Positions 17,387 through 26,328 of a DNA stretch of 26,328 nt are shown here, in pieces; position 1 is the stretch's first letter; each line of letters starts with the position of its first letter. Below the pieces are notes generated by a model. It had not been told where the DNA came from, searched no databases, and saw only the letters and a program-made list of their open reading frames with translations. Location: the IMG/VR virus record IMGVR_UViG_3300046103_000813, positions 1 through 26,328 of that record. The stretch is one strand, 5' to 3'. Origin of the DNA: a virus. Lineage: Duplodnaviria > Caudoviricetes. Position numbers and translations under genes: made by a program.

Positions 17387-18716
17387 TTACTCCCCCCAAG
17401 CCAACCAGTTAGCCGATCAGGGTAGATACGGTGACTCAATGATGGTTCATATGAACCCATTGGAAGTTGCCCTTATGAACCAGATGTCTGGTAATAAGAT
17501 GACCATCAACCCAACAACGGGTCAGCCAGAGGCATTTGCTTTTCTCTTACCTATCTTGGCCTCTATGGGTGGTACAGCGTTGGGTGGTGCTGCTGGTTTA
17601 GGTGCTTTAGGTGTGGGGGCTGCTGGGGCTGCCGGAGCCGCGCTTGGTCAGACAGCGGCAACAGGTTCTTTAAAAGAAGGATTAAAAACAGGTTTACTTT
17701 CAGCAGCTACGGCGGGGCTGGGAAGTCTTTTAGCGCCAGCCGCTGGCGCTGCTACAGCCGGTACGACTGGCTTTGCTTCTAAACTTGGTAGTGCGGTTGA
17801 TGTGGGAAAAGTGTCTGAAGTTGGTAAAGCTTATAAGTTAGCACAGGCAGCGAAGCTCGGTGCTGTGGCTAACACGGGGTCTCTTGGTCCAGGTTTTGCC
17901 AACGTCCTGCCTGCTGTTAACCCAACAACAGGTTTAGATCTTCTTAAAGCATCAGCTATCCCTGGTGCGTTTTCTGGTGCCGTTGGTGCCTCCCAGTATC
18001 AAGCTCCGTTTAAAGACGATAATCCAGATTTTCTAGGGAAAAGATCAGACATTCCTGAAGCGGCCCCTCCAACAAGGAGGCTTAACCCAATGGCTATGAC
18101 CCCCGGTGGTATGGGTGAGCGTCAATACTTTACAGACGATGCGTTAACTCAGCAGTCTGGGGTTAGGCCACAGCCTGGAGGATCTCAAAGTTTTTCTGAT
18201 ATTGCAAGTAAGTATGGGGGTGTAAGCCGTATGGAGGAGGGGGGTCTTGCTTCTTTAGATCCAGCCGCTATGCAAGCACCTATTCCAGAATCTATGCAGG
18301 ACGCTATGCAGGATTCTATGCAGCCACCTATGCCTGAAGATCAAGCTATGATGCAAAGTGAGGGTGGCCGTGAAGATACCGCCCGTGTCTTCAATGAAGC
18401 TGTGGCTGCGTTGATGGGTCAGCATCCGGCTCCTAAAGAAGCCGTTAGGCGTTTCTTAGAAGTCTTCGGTGAGGAACGATTGATGGCTCTTGTTGGTCAG
18501 ATTAGAGAAAAAATGGAATCACCGCAGGAAGGAAGAATGGTAACGGGGGATGGTCCTGATGGGGTTGATAATATTCCCGCGTCTGTTGAGGGCCAGCAGC
18601 CAGTATTGCTAGCAAACAATGAGTACATTCTTCCTGAAAAAGTAACATCTGCTGTTGGAAACGGAGACCCTAATGCGGGTGCGGAAGCCCTTAACGAGAT
18701 GGTGGCTCAGGTATAG
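17379..18716 (+). CDS. internal virion / DNA ejection protein
   Basis: GRYGDSMMVHMNP.EV...TINP.TGQPEAF N-terminal motif, long Gly/Ala hydrophobic stretch, and C-terminal G.G.DG.D.IPA...L...EY..P...GNG...AGA..L domain. Confidence 0.65.
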   Translation: MYDYSPQANQLADQGRYGDSMMVHMNPLEVALMNQMSGNKMTINPTTGQPEAFAFLLPILASMGGTALGGAAGLGALGVGAAGAAGAALGQTAATGSLKEGLKTGLLSAATAGLGSLLAPAAGAATAGTTGFASKLGSAVDVGKVSEVGKAYKLAQAAKLGAVANTGSLGPGFANVLPAVNPTTGLDLLKASAIPGAFSGAVGASQYQAPFKDDNPDFLGKRSDIPEAAPPTRRLNPMAMTPGGMGERQYFTDDALTQQSGVRPQPGGSQSFSDIASKYGGVSRMEEGGLASLDPAAMQAPIPESMQDAMQDSMQPPMPEDQAMMQSEGGREDTARVFNEAVAALMGQHPAPKEAVRRFLEVFGEERLMALVGQIREKMESPQEGRMVTGDGPDGVDNIPASVEGQQPVLLANNEYILPEKVTSAVGNGDPNAGAEALNEMVAQV

Positions 18717-19099
18717 TGAGTGACCTGCGTAAAATCCAAGTTGAAGAAATGGAAAGATGCAGGGAATGGATAGAAGGTGCGTTGAAAGTTTATGATACCC
18801 ACGACTTTGAGGACATAGTCGTTGGGGTTCTGGACGGTAAGTTTGATTTCTGGTCGGCACCAGATGCCTGTATAGTGACTGAGTTTATAACGTTTCCTAA
18901 GTATCTTGCCCTGAACGTTTTTTTAGCGGGGGGTAACTTAAAAACGTTAATGGTTATGAGAAAGACGATAGAAAATTTTGCTAAAGAAACTGGTTGTAAA
19001 AAGTTAGTAGGCTCTGGTCGCAAAGGTTGGGCCAGAATATTTACAAGCTCTAAAGATGTCGACGGCATCTGTGGGTATATGTACGCGAAGGAGTTATAG
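18716..19099 (+). CDS. GNAT-like small protein in the ejection module (T7 gp13-like position)
   Basis: GTG start overlapping the upstream TAG; L.VFLAGG.L...IE.FAKETGC..L.GSGRKGW.R pattern fits an acyltransferase fold. Confidence 0.55.
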   Translation: MSDLRKIQVEEMERCREWIEGALKVYDTHDFEDIVVGVLDGKFDFWSAPDACIVTEFITFPKYLALNVFLAGGNLKTLMVMRKTIENFAKETGCKKLVGSGRKGWARIFTSSKDVDGICGYMYAKEL

Positions 19100-19101
19100 T
19101 T

Positions 19102-20154
19102 ATGGGTGGCAGTAGTAGTGGGGTTCAAAGATCTGAATCAAAGGTTACTCAATCTAACCTTCCTGAATATGTGCGCCCTTATTATGAGAGGCTTCTAACC
19201 AGAGCAGAAAGCGAAAGTCGTGAGCCTTATCAGAAGTTTCCTGGCCCAAGGCTAGCGGGACCGGGGAGAGATACTCTTGTCTCGGAAGACTTAACTAGGG
19301 ATTTGGCTGCTGCTCCGGCGGCTGGGTTTGACGCTGCCTATAACATTTTCGGCCAGCAAGCCTCTCGTGCCACTCCTTTTGATAGGGGTATTGTCTCCTC
19401 TTACGATCCATCAAGAACATCCTCTATGTACAGAGATCCTCGTATGGAGGGTATTGCTTCGTTTAACGACCCAAGGAGTCAAACTCAATCTTATCTGAAC
19501 CCTTACATAGAAAATGTTTTGGACGTTCAACAAAAAAGAGCGAGGGAAAGATTCTCTGGTCAACAGCAACAGCGGGCAAAGGATGCTGTGTCTTCTGGTG
19601 CGTTTGGCAATAGTCGTTATGACTTAACTGAAAGGCAACGTGCAAAAGAATTTGAACGGGAATTGTCGGATCAAGAGTCTGCTTCTTTAGCGTCCGGCTA
19701 CGGCCAAGCACAAGAGCTGGCGACAAACCAGCAAAAGTATTACACGGACATGCAAAATAAACTTTACTCTGATGCTATGAATCGGGCATCGGAACAGCAG
19801 CTTCGTCAAATTGCAGCGCAGGAATCACAAACAAGACTGGGCTTTGATGCGGGTAAATCACTTGCAGGTCTTGACCCCATCTTGCAGAAATACGGTATGG
19901 AGCGGGTGGGTGGTCTACGTCAGGTAGGCTCTGCTGAAGAAGCAAGGGATCAGGCTGCTCTTGATTTGGGGTATGCTGATTTTGCTCGACAGAGAGACTA
20001 TCCAAGAGAAAACCTTAATTATCTATCACAGATACTCCAGGGTTCTGCTGTCGCTGGAACAGACAAGTACCAGACTTCATATAAACCAAAGCCAAATCCC
20101 TACAACGCCCTTTTGGGACTAGGGACATTCGCAGCCGGTCAGGGAGGGGCTTAG
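19102..20154 (+). CDS. DNA ejection/transfer protein
   Basis: MGGSSSG start, LPEY.RPY, YLNPYIENV, GAFG.SR, Q-rich helices, and a C-terminal Gly-rich hydrophobic tail (ALLGLGTFAAG). Confidence 0.65.
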   Translation: MGGSSSGVQRSESKVTQSNLPEYVRPYYERLLTRAESESREPYQKFPGPRLAGPGRDTLVSEDLTRDLAAAPAAGFDAAYNIFGQQASRATPFDRGIVSSYDPSRTSSMYRDPRMEGIASFNDPRSQTQSYLNPYIENVLDVQQKRARERFSGQQQQRAKDAVSSGAFGNSRYDLTERQRAKEFERELSDQESASLASGYGQAQELATNQQKYYTDMQNKLYSDAMNRASEQQLRQIAAQESQTRLGFDAGKSLAGLDPILQKYGMERVGGLRQVGSAEEARDQAALDLGYADFARQRDYPRENLNYLSQILQGSAVAGTDKYQTSYKPKPNPYNALLGLGTFAAGQGGA

Positions 20155-22065
20155 ATGTTTGGTCCGCAGAGCGCAGGTCTAATGAGTATTGCTTCGCAAC
20201 AGGAAGCTCCTAATCCTATGGGAAACTCTAGCGGTATAGATATTCTTTCTATTCAAGATGATCTAAAGGGCATGAGTGACGGCCAGCTTAGTCAAGCTTT
20301 GCAGGGAAGCACCCCTACTTATCTTATTGCCTCTGAGAAAAACAGAAGGCTCAAGATGCGTAAGGACTACGAGTCGAGAAAGTCTGCTCAGGAAAAAACA
20401 GTAGTTGAAGATTTGTTTGCGCCCCAGCAGAACCCTCCAATGGGAAGTATGCAACAAGGCTTTTCACCTAACCAGGGACTAAACTCTTTACCTGGGGGGG
20501 CGCAGCAGCCCGTTAGGATGATGGCAGACGGCGGTCTGGTTGATTTTATAAAAGGGCAAGAGGCTTTTCAGCCAACAATGTATGACGATGTAGGAACCCA
20601 GGCAATAGGATATGGGTATAACCTTTCACAACAAGAGATAGAACAAGGATTCGTTACACTACCTGACGGCACCCAAGTTCCTTTAGAGGGTGGAATTACA
20701 GAAAAGGCTGCTTCATCTTTGCTTGAGCAAAGGCTTGGTGATAATTCTAGGGCAGGGTCTAATATCCTAAAAGAAGAGGGAGTAGATGTTGATGCTTTAT
20801 CTCCTAGTGTTCTCAACGCTTTGCAAGACCTTACCTATCAAACAGGAGGAGGTATCTTTAATAAATCTCCTCGTTTGGTACAGGCGTTGAAAGATAATGA
20901 TGAGCAAGCTATTGCTGAAGAGTTAAGAACTACAGGAAGATTAGTTAACGGTGAGATATTGCCGGGGCCAGAGCGAAGAGCAAACACCAGGGCAGATATG
21001 GTGTCGGGTGATTCAGCAGGAGTCATGAGTAGGATTGCTGATTTTGCTGGTAACTTAAACCCCATTGGTACGGCACAGGCAGCATCAGGGGATTTGGGCC
21101 GAAGATCTAACCAAGAGTTAGTTGATGATAATGTTTCTGGCGCACTAAAAGAATATTATAACACCTTAGAAAACGAGAAAGACCGAGATAGGCCGATTGG
21201 TGTTGTTGAAAGATTATTTGAAGAGGATTCAAACACAGATCGTTTAGATGCTCTTGATGCTTTAGATAGAAAGTATGGTGATCCTGATTACGGTGGAACG
21301 CGCACTCTGAATACTATCGAAGCGGCAAGCCAGTTAAAAACTCTTTTAAGTGAGGCAAAAGAAAATCAACCTATGGGCGAGGAAATACTAGCCCTTGTTA
21401 GATCTGGAGAACCATTAACTGTTGAAAATGTTACGGCTATAAAAGAAAAGTATCCTGGTGGGGTTGCTGCTGTCGTTCCCACTGACTTACCCATCACCGA
21501 TACCGCCGAAGCCCAAGCCGCTGCTGAGAGAGCCGCTGCTAAAGATCCCAAAGAAGAAGAAGACCCGAGGAGGGCTGCACGTCAGCTTGCTTTCCTAGAG
21601 GCTGCACTTAGGGTTGGGACAAGCCAAAGCCCGACGTTAACTGGTGCGTTAGCGGAGGGCATACCAGCTATAGACTCATATAGAGAAGGTCTTAATGATA
21701 TCTCAACTCGAGCTTATCAGGAAGCTCAAACTAAATTTTACGAAACGGGCAGAAACCAAATAGATACTCAAGTAAACGCAGCAGTAGATGATCGTATGAA
21801 GGACGTTCCCAAGATGCTTAATTTAGATGGATTTAAAAACCGCCTTCTCGTTGAAAAGCGGTTGGGGCTTCCATCATATATTACCGAACAGGCTCTAGCG
21901 GCGGCTGCAAAGGTTTCTGTTGAAGGGAACCTTTCGGATGCTGGCGATGCCTTCAAAAGTATACTGCGCCAAGCTTATTTGGCACACGAGTTCTCAAAGC
22001 GCACGGGGGGTTATCGAGGCCAAACGACAACCGGCCAAGCCTCGCTCACTGATTACAACCTGTAA
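20155..22065 (+). CDS. ejection protein with a GH24 (T4-type) lysozyme-like domain
   Basis: Domain at ~20536-21003: FIKGQEAFQPTMYDDVGTQAIGYG..L...ITEKAA..LL...NALQDLTYQ.G...SPRLVQALK..D...ELR...ILPG..RR. The remainder is helical. Confidence 0.72.
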   Translation: MFGPQSAGLMSIASQQEAPNPMGNSSGIDILSIQDDLKGMSDGQLSQALQGSTPTYLIASEKNRRLKMRKDYESRKSAQEKTVVEDLFAPQQNPPMGSMQQGFSPNQGLNSLPGGAQQPVRMMADGGLVDFIKGQEAFQPTMYDDVGTQAIGYGYNLSQQEIEQGFVTLPDGTQVPLEGGITEKAASSLLEQRLGDNSRAGSNILKEEGVDVDALSPSVLNALQDLTYQTGGGIFNKSPRLVQALKDNDEQAIAEELRTTGRLVNGEILPGPERRANTRADMVSGDSAGVMSRIADFAGNLNPIGTAQAASGDLGRRSNQELVDDNVSGALKEYYNTLENEKDRDRPIGVVERLFEEDSNTDRLDALDALDRKYGDPDYGGTRTLNTIEAASQLKTLLSEAKENQPMGEEILALVRSGEPLTVENVTAIKEKYPGGVAAVVPTDLPITDTAEAQAAAERAAAKDPKEEEDPRRAARQLAFLEAALRVGTSQSPTLTGALAEGIPAIDSYREGLNDISTRAYQEAQTKFYETGRNQIDTQVNAAVDDRMKDVPKMLNLDGFKNRLLVEKRLGLPSYITEQALAAAAKVSVEGNLSDAGDAFKSILRQAYLAHEFSKRTGGYRGQTTTGQASLTDYNL

Positions 22066-22097
22066 CCTGCGTAATCCGTAAATAGAAAGAATAGCTA

Positions 22098-25000
22098 ATG
22101 CCTATTTACAATTTGGCCGGCGTTGGAAGTTTTAATTTAAACCAAAGCGATCTGAATGAATTTGACAAGGAAACCTTAGAGGGAAAACTAAGGGCTGTCG
22201 CATCACGTCCAAATCTTCACACAACCTTTGGATTTATCCCAGATATTGTAGATGACTCATACGGTTCAGCTTTAAAGTATGGAGTTGCGACGGCTGCTAA
22301 CAATTTAGGGCAGACATTAGATGTCTTTGATGATGATGACGGCGGCTTTATGGACCGCTTCTCGGAGTATCTAAAAAGCTTTGAAACACCTGACAACTAC
22401 GATCCAGCATTTGCTAGCTTAAAAGATCCAGATGATGAGGACACTCAATTATTTGGTGTTGGTATTGGTTCTTTACCAAGAGCCATTGTAGAACAGGTTC
22501 CTCAATTTGCAGGTTCTCTTGTTTCTAGGAGCGTTGGTGCAGGTGCCGGTGGCCTATTGGGTCTTGCTGTGGCTGGTCCTGGGGGTTTTGTAACGGGAGC
22601 ATCTATAGGGGGTCTCGGCCTTCCTATTCTCTTTGAAACTGCCCAGATACTTGGACCCCTTGCTTATGAAAGGGCACGGAATAACAACAGAACCGAGCCT
22701 AACATAGACGACCTAAAGGGCGCGGGATTAGCCGCTGTCGCTAGTGGTGCTATCAATTCCTTTGCCTTACGTGGCTTGTTTAAAATTGGGGGAGGCCCTG
22801 CTCTTAGGTTTATAAAGGGGGCATCACAAGAGGGTCTAACTGAAACAGCACAGGGTCTTATTGAGCAGGTTGGTGGGACGTTAGCAACAGACAAGGGCCT
22901 TGAGGTTAATCTTAGGGATGCTGCTCTTGAAGGTCTTGTGGGCGCTGGTCTTGGTGGCCCACTCGCTTTTATTGGGAACGACAGTACCCGAGCCTCTCCT
23001 GATTTTGGCGAGGAGGTCGAGGATGCCGCCAGTGAAGAGGGGGACAAAAAAGAAACCGACACACCAGTGCCTCTAAGCATCAAGACAAATGGTGTGGACC
23101 CAGACACCGAAGTAAGAGTAGACGGCGCGTCCGCAGCCGCAAACATATTAAACGATACAGCTCAGTTACTGCCCTTAACTACCTATGGGGTCAGAGAGAA
23201 ATCTACTATGTATTACGTCGCACGAAAGGGTGACACTTTAGATAAAATCTCTAAACGGTTTAATGTAACGGGAAACGAGATTGCCGTAATAAATAGCGCC
23301 ATTCAAAACTACACAAAGAACAGAGTGATTGCTGATGGCACAGAGATTAAGTTGCCATCAAGTGTTGTTTCAAGTGCAGACACTACTGATGTCGCTGGGT
23401 ATCAAGTTGTCGGGTTTGCCGACCCTAATGTGGCCGGGTCAGAAGACCTAGCTGTTAGTGGTCTTATGGGCACAGAAGAAGAAGCCAAAATAGCTTCTGA
23501 TGTTATTAACGAATCTATGGAGGGTGTTGCATCTTCTCAAGAAGATAACATATTTAAATCTGAAATCAGGAAAGTGCTTAAATTCGCAAACATTCGTGTT
23601 GATGATGCGGCTATGGAAAGCGTAGAGAAGATGTCTTTCCCGACATCTGGGTATTCAATTAAAGAAATTGAAGCCCTTGTTCCAAATGCTGCCGCTAGAA
23701 TTAAAAAGAAATTCCCTAAACCTTTAGTCTTTATTGAAGAAGCTGTTAGTGCCGTGGGTGCTAAAGAAAAATCAGCGGTGGCTGACTCTCTTATTAAAGC
23801 AAGAAACAGTGCTGTATCGCGTAATGATATTAGCCCCGCGCTGATTCAAAAAGAACTTGATTCTAAAAAAATACAGACAAAAATAAAAACAAACGACGGC
23901 GAGAGTAAGCCTGATTATAAACTCAAAACGTTCTTAAAAAGAGTTACGGGTTCTGATGACGTTGATGCTATGTCGGACACTCAAAGAACTGTTCTTCTTG
24001 ATGCTGTTTCCGCCCTGCCTAGCTTTGAAACAGAAGTCCAACTTCCTATTGCAGACAGAGTTCCTTATGACAGCAAGCAGCTTTCAGAAGTTATACGCTC
24101 TGTCAGAAACTCTAAGAACAAAGTGCTGAATGAAAAAATTGTTGCTCAGGCTTTGGGGGTAGAAAAATTAACAAGTGGGTCTTTCACGGCTGTACGAAGA
24201 AATCTTTTAGCCCGCAATATAATAGGTTTGAACAATAAACTATTATCTCTGTCTGAATACACGAGTGGGTTCCGTAGCGGAAGGACACCTATATTTAAAC
24301 CTCCCGTTAAAAACGTAGACGCTTCTGAAATTGACAACCCTAAGTACACCGATGAGTTTAATAGGGTTGCTGCTGAATATAAGAAAGAACTAAAACAAAA
24401 ATTAGATCAGGTAGGTTTAGGCGAGCTTGTTACTTTAGAGGCTGTGCCGGATGTTGAGTACGACGGAAAGGGAGAAGGCCAGACCGTTGAGGGGTCAACC
24501 GTTATCCCAGAAATTGTTGGTGAGAAGTACGTCATACAACTCGCCCTGAAGCTCGACCCTAATCAGGGTGAGGACGCTCAGAAAAGAGATCTTGCTGGGG
24601 TTCTTAATCACGAAGCTTGGCACGTTCTTCAAAGCCTTGCCGGGGGAAAGCCACCGAAAGGCCCACTTAGAAGGAAAGACTTTGCTGTTCTTGATAGGGT
24701 TATTGCCAGTGCTGTAAAGCCAGACAGAACAAACGGTGACGGCTACAACAACAGGACTTACTTTGAGGTAGCTAAGGATCAGTATCCCGACCTAACTACC
24801 AAGAATGTAAAAGAAGAAGCATACGCAGAACTATTCAGGGATTGGTCTGACGGTGTAAGAACATACAGAACCACGGACGGGAAGAGAGTTGTTCAACCTC
24901 GAACAATTTTTGAAAGGGTGTGGCAGTATTTCTTTGCTGTAAAGGGAGCGTTGATAGCCTCGGACATTGATAGCGCGTTTGATGTCTTTTCTAGGATAGG

Positions 25001-26328
25001 CTCTGACCGAGATCAAGACGGTTCCGTAAAGCAGATTCCACTTGAAGACGATAGGTTTGATAACGACGGCACCGAGACATACCGTGTCGACGGCAACCGG
25101 GTTGTAAAGGCTTCTTTGACTAACAAAGTTAAAAATCGCTTAGACAAATCTGCTAGAGATCTGGTGAGTGGTAGCGCGACGGTTGACACCAAAGGTGGTG
25201 GCACGGGGACCGTTGTATTAAGTGACAGAACCTTACTTTCTACCGAGAAAGTTGATAATGAATATATTAACCCAGTCACAGACAAAAAACGTAACGTTAA
25301 GGTGGTCGCAGAAAATAGCGTTTCAGAACTTACTAAAAAACTAAGCAGCGACGTTGTAATAGATGAGACGGAGAACAACCTTCCTGTGTTCGCCCGCTTA
25401 CTGGCCTCCTCATCGCTGTCGGCTTTAGGGGATAATAACTCGGCTATTGGCTGGTACGAGTCGGTGCTTGGTTCGGCAATGAAAGTTTTAGAAAAAGTTG
25501 AACCATCTATTTTAGATTCAGAGAAAAATAAAACAGCTTTCCAATTTGCGTTGGCTGTTACTTCTAACCAAACAAAGGTTGACCAAAATTTTAAGAATGC
25601 TTTGAAAGCTTACCGTTCATTTAAAAAGAGTGGTTTGTTTTTAGATGACGCTGGCAAACTTCCTGGGTCTGGCAAAACCGCTAAAGTTATGAGGGCCTCA
25701 TTTAAATTTTATAATGACGTAGCGCAAAACAAATACCCAGGGATGGTCATTGAAAACCCAGCCAACAATCAAGTTACCTTGCAGGATTTTTTAAATACAG
25801 ATTTTTATTTAGGCACCCCAAAGAAGTTTGCTAAAGATAACACTTATTACCAACTTGAAGTGGACGGTAAACTTGAAGAAAAAATCTACTCTACACGTAC
25901 AGAAGTAAACCGTGCAGCTAAAAACACTGGACGCGAAGACTTTAACATTGCGGAAATGTCTAGTGCCACACCAAACCTAACGTCTCTTAGTGAATTTATT
26001 AGTGATCTAGGAATCGATCTAACAGTATCCGACCAAATGCTTGATGGGACAATAGTTAAGGGTAGCTATGTACTCGGCCCTAAAATCGGCAACGGGTTTT
26101 ATCAGAACATTGGTGGCAACTATGATGCGCTAACGATGGATCTTTGGTGGACTCGCATGTGGCACAGACTAAGGGGAGATCCTTTTGTCCCAGGAAAAGG
26201 CCAGGAGTACGCACAGAAAAAGCTAACCGAGCTTCAATCCTATCTCGACAACGAGTACGAGGCTGACTCTACGGATGGGAAGATTTTAAAAAATATATTT
26301 GATGCCGCTGGTTTGTCGGAGAAGGTAG
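22098..26328 (+). CDS. giant internal virion / polyvalent protein (>=1410 aa, 3' truncated): Gly-rich membrane-like N-terminal region, LysM, HEXXH metallopeptidase, HhH-glycosylase-like domain
   Basis: Not in the ORF track because there is no stop in the window; translated by hand from ATG 22098 (MPIYNLAGVG...). LysM 23211-23357; HEAWH 24609-24623 with EEAYAELF 24813-24836; AIGWY 25443, ALAVTSN 25548, GPKIGNGFY 26076, TMDLWWTR 26133. Confidence 0.85.
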   Translation, partial: MPIYNLAGVGSFNLNQSDLNEFDKETLEGKLRAVASRPNLHTTFGFIPDIVDDSYGSALKYGVATAANNLGQTLDVFDDDDGGFMDRFSEYLKSFETPDNYDPAFASLKDPDDEDTQLFGVGIGSLPRAIVEQVPQFAGSLVSRSVGAGAGGLLGLAVAGPGGFVTGASIGGLGLPILFETAQILGPLAYERARNNNRTEPNIDDLKGAGLAAVASGAINSFALRGLFKIGGGPALRFIKGASQEGLTETAQGLIEQVGGTLATDKGLEVNLRDAALEGLVGAGLGGPLAFIGNDSTRASPDFGEEVEDAASEEGDKKETDTPVPLSIKTNGVDPDTEVRVDGASAAANILNDTAQLLPLTTYGVREKSTMYYVARKGDTLDKISKRFNVTGNEIAVINSAIQNYTKNRVIADGTEIKLPSSVVSSADTTDVAGYQVVGFADPNVAGSEDLAVSGLMGTEEEAKIASDVINESMEGVASSQEDNIFKSEIRKVLKFANIRVDDAAMESVEKMSFPTSGYSIKEIEALVPNAAARIKKKFPKPLVFIEEAVSAVGAKEKSAVADSLIKARNSAVSRNDISPALIQKELDSKKIQTKIKTNDGESKPDYKLKTFLKRVTGSDDVDAMSDTQRTVLLDAVSALPSFETEVQLPIADRVPYDSKQLSEVIRSVRNSKNKVLNEKIVAQALGVEKLTSGSFTAVRRNLLARNIIGLNNKLLSLSEYTSGFRSGRTPIFKPPVKNVDASEIDNPKYTDEFNRVAAEYKKELKQKLDQVGLGELVTLEAVPDVEYDGKGEGQTVEGSTVIPEIVGEKYVIQLALKLDPNQGEDAQKRDLAGVLNHEAWHVLQSLAGGKPPKGPLRRKDFAVLDRVIASAVKPDRTNGDGYNNRTYFEVAKDQYPDLTTKNVKEEAYAELFRDWSDGVRTYRTTDGKRVVQPRTIFERVWQYFFAVKGALIASDIDSAFDVFSRIGSDRDQDGSVKQIPLEDDRFDNDGTETYRVDGNRVVKASLTNKVKNRLDKSARDLVSGSATVDTKGGGTGTVVLSDRTLLSTEKVDNEYINPVTDKKRNVKVVAENSVSELTKKLSSDVVIDETENNLPVFARLLASSSLSALGDNNSAIGWYESVLGSAMKVLEKVEPSILDSEKNKTAFQFALAVTSNQTKVDQNFKNALKAYRSFKKSGLFLDDAGKLPGSGKTAKVMRASFKFYNDVAQNKYPGMVIENPANNQVTLQDFLNTDFYLGTPKKFAKDNTYYQLEVDGKLEEKIYSTRTEVNRAAKNTGREDFNIAEMSSATPNLTSLSEFISDLGIDLTVSDQMLDGTIVKGSYVLGPKIGNGFYQNIGGNYDALTMDLWWTRMWHRLRGDPFVPGKGQEYAQKKLTELQSYLDNEYEADSTDGKILKNIFDAAGLSEKV

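Noticed and set aside
186-25378. Numerous minus-strand and alternative-frame ORFs in the track
   Set aside because: All overlap longer plus-strand genes with coherent phage products and show no recognisable motifs; they are shadow ORFs, including those opposite the unlisted 22098 ORF.
1-26328. Stop-codon reassignment
   Set aside because: Genes are long and tightly packed under the standard code, and TAA, TAG and TGA all occur as real stops.
1-26328. tRNA, rRNA, integrase or transposase genes
   Set aside because: None recognisable; intergenic spaces are short and no such motifs were seen.

Overview
The window is the all-plus-strand virion morphogenesis region of a tailed dsDNA phage (Caudoviricetes, podovirus-like gene order; an aquatic proteobacterial host is only an inference). 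Head genes come first: portal C-terminus (partial), a small gene, a GroES-like co-chaperonin, a putative scaffold, two conserved head genes and a Mu-gpT-like major capsid protein. These are followed by an intrinsic terminator and a candidate structured RNA element. Next are structural genes, two very basic proteins (one with a LysM domain and 27-nt tandem repeats) and an inserted PAP2/haloperoxidase-family phosphatase. The tail region has adaptor/tail genes, a repeat-containing fibre, a triple-LamG fibre, a fibre chaperone and a P22-gp10-like tail protein. It ends with an internal/ejection protein cluster that includes a GH24-lysozyme-bearing protein. A >=1410-aa ORF missing from the ORF track (22098 to window end) has polyvalent-protein architecture: LysM, HEXXH metallopeptidase and an HhH-glycosylase-like domain. 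The most notable points are this injected polyvalent protein, a recurrent (M)xxGG(hydrophobic) motif shared by putative internal proteins, the RNA element covering an RBS after the capsid gene, the PAP2 insertion and two translationally coupled micro-ORFs. All calls come from reading motifs and gene order; no searches were run.
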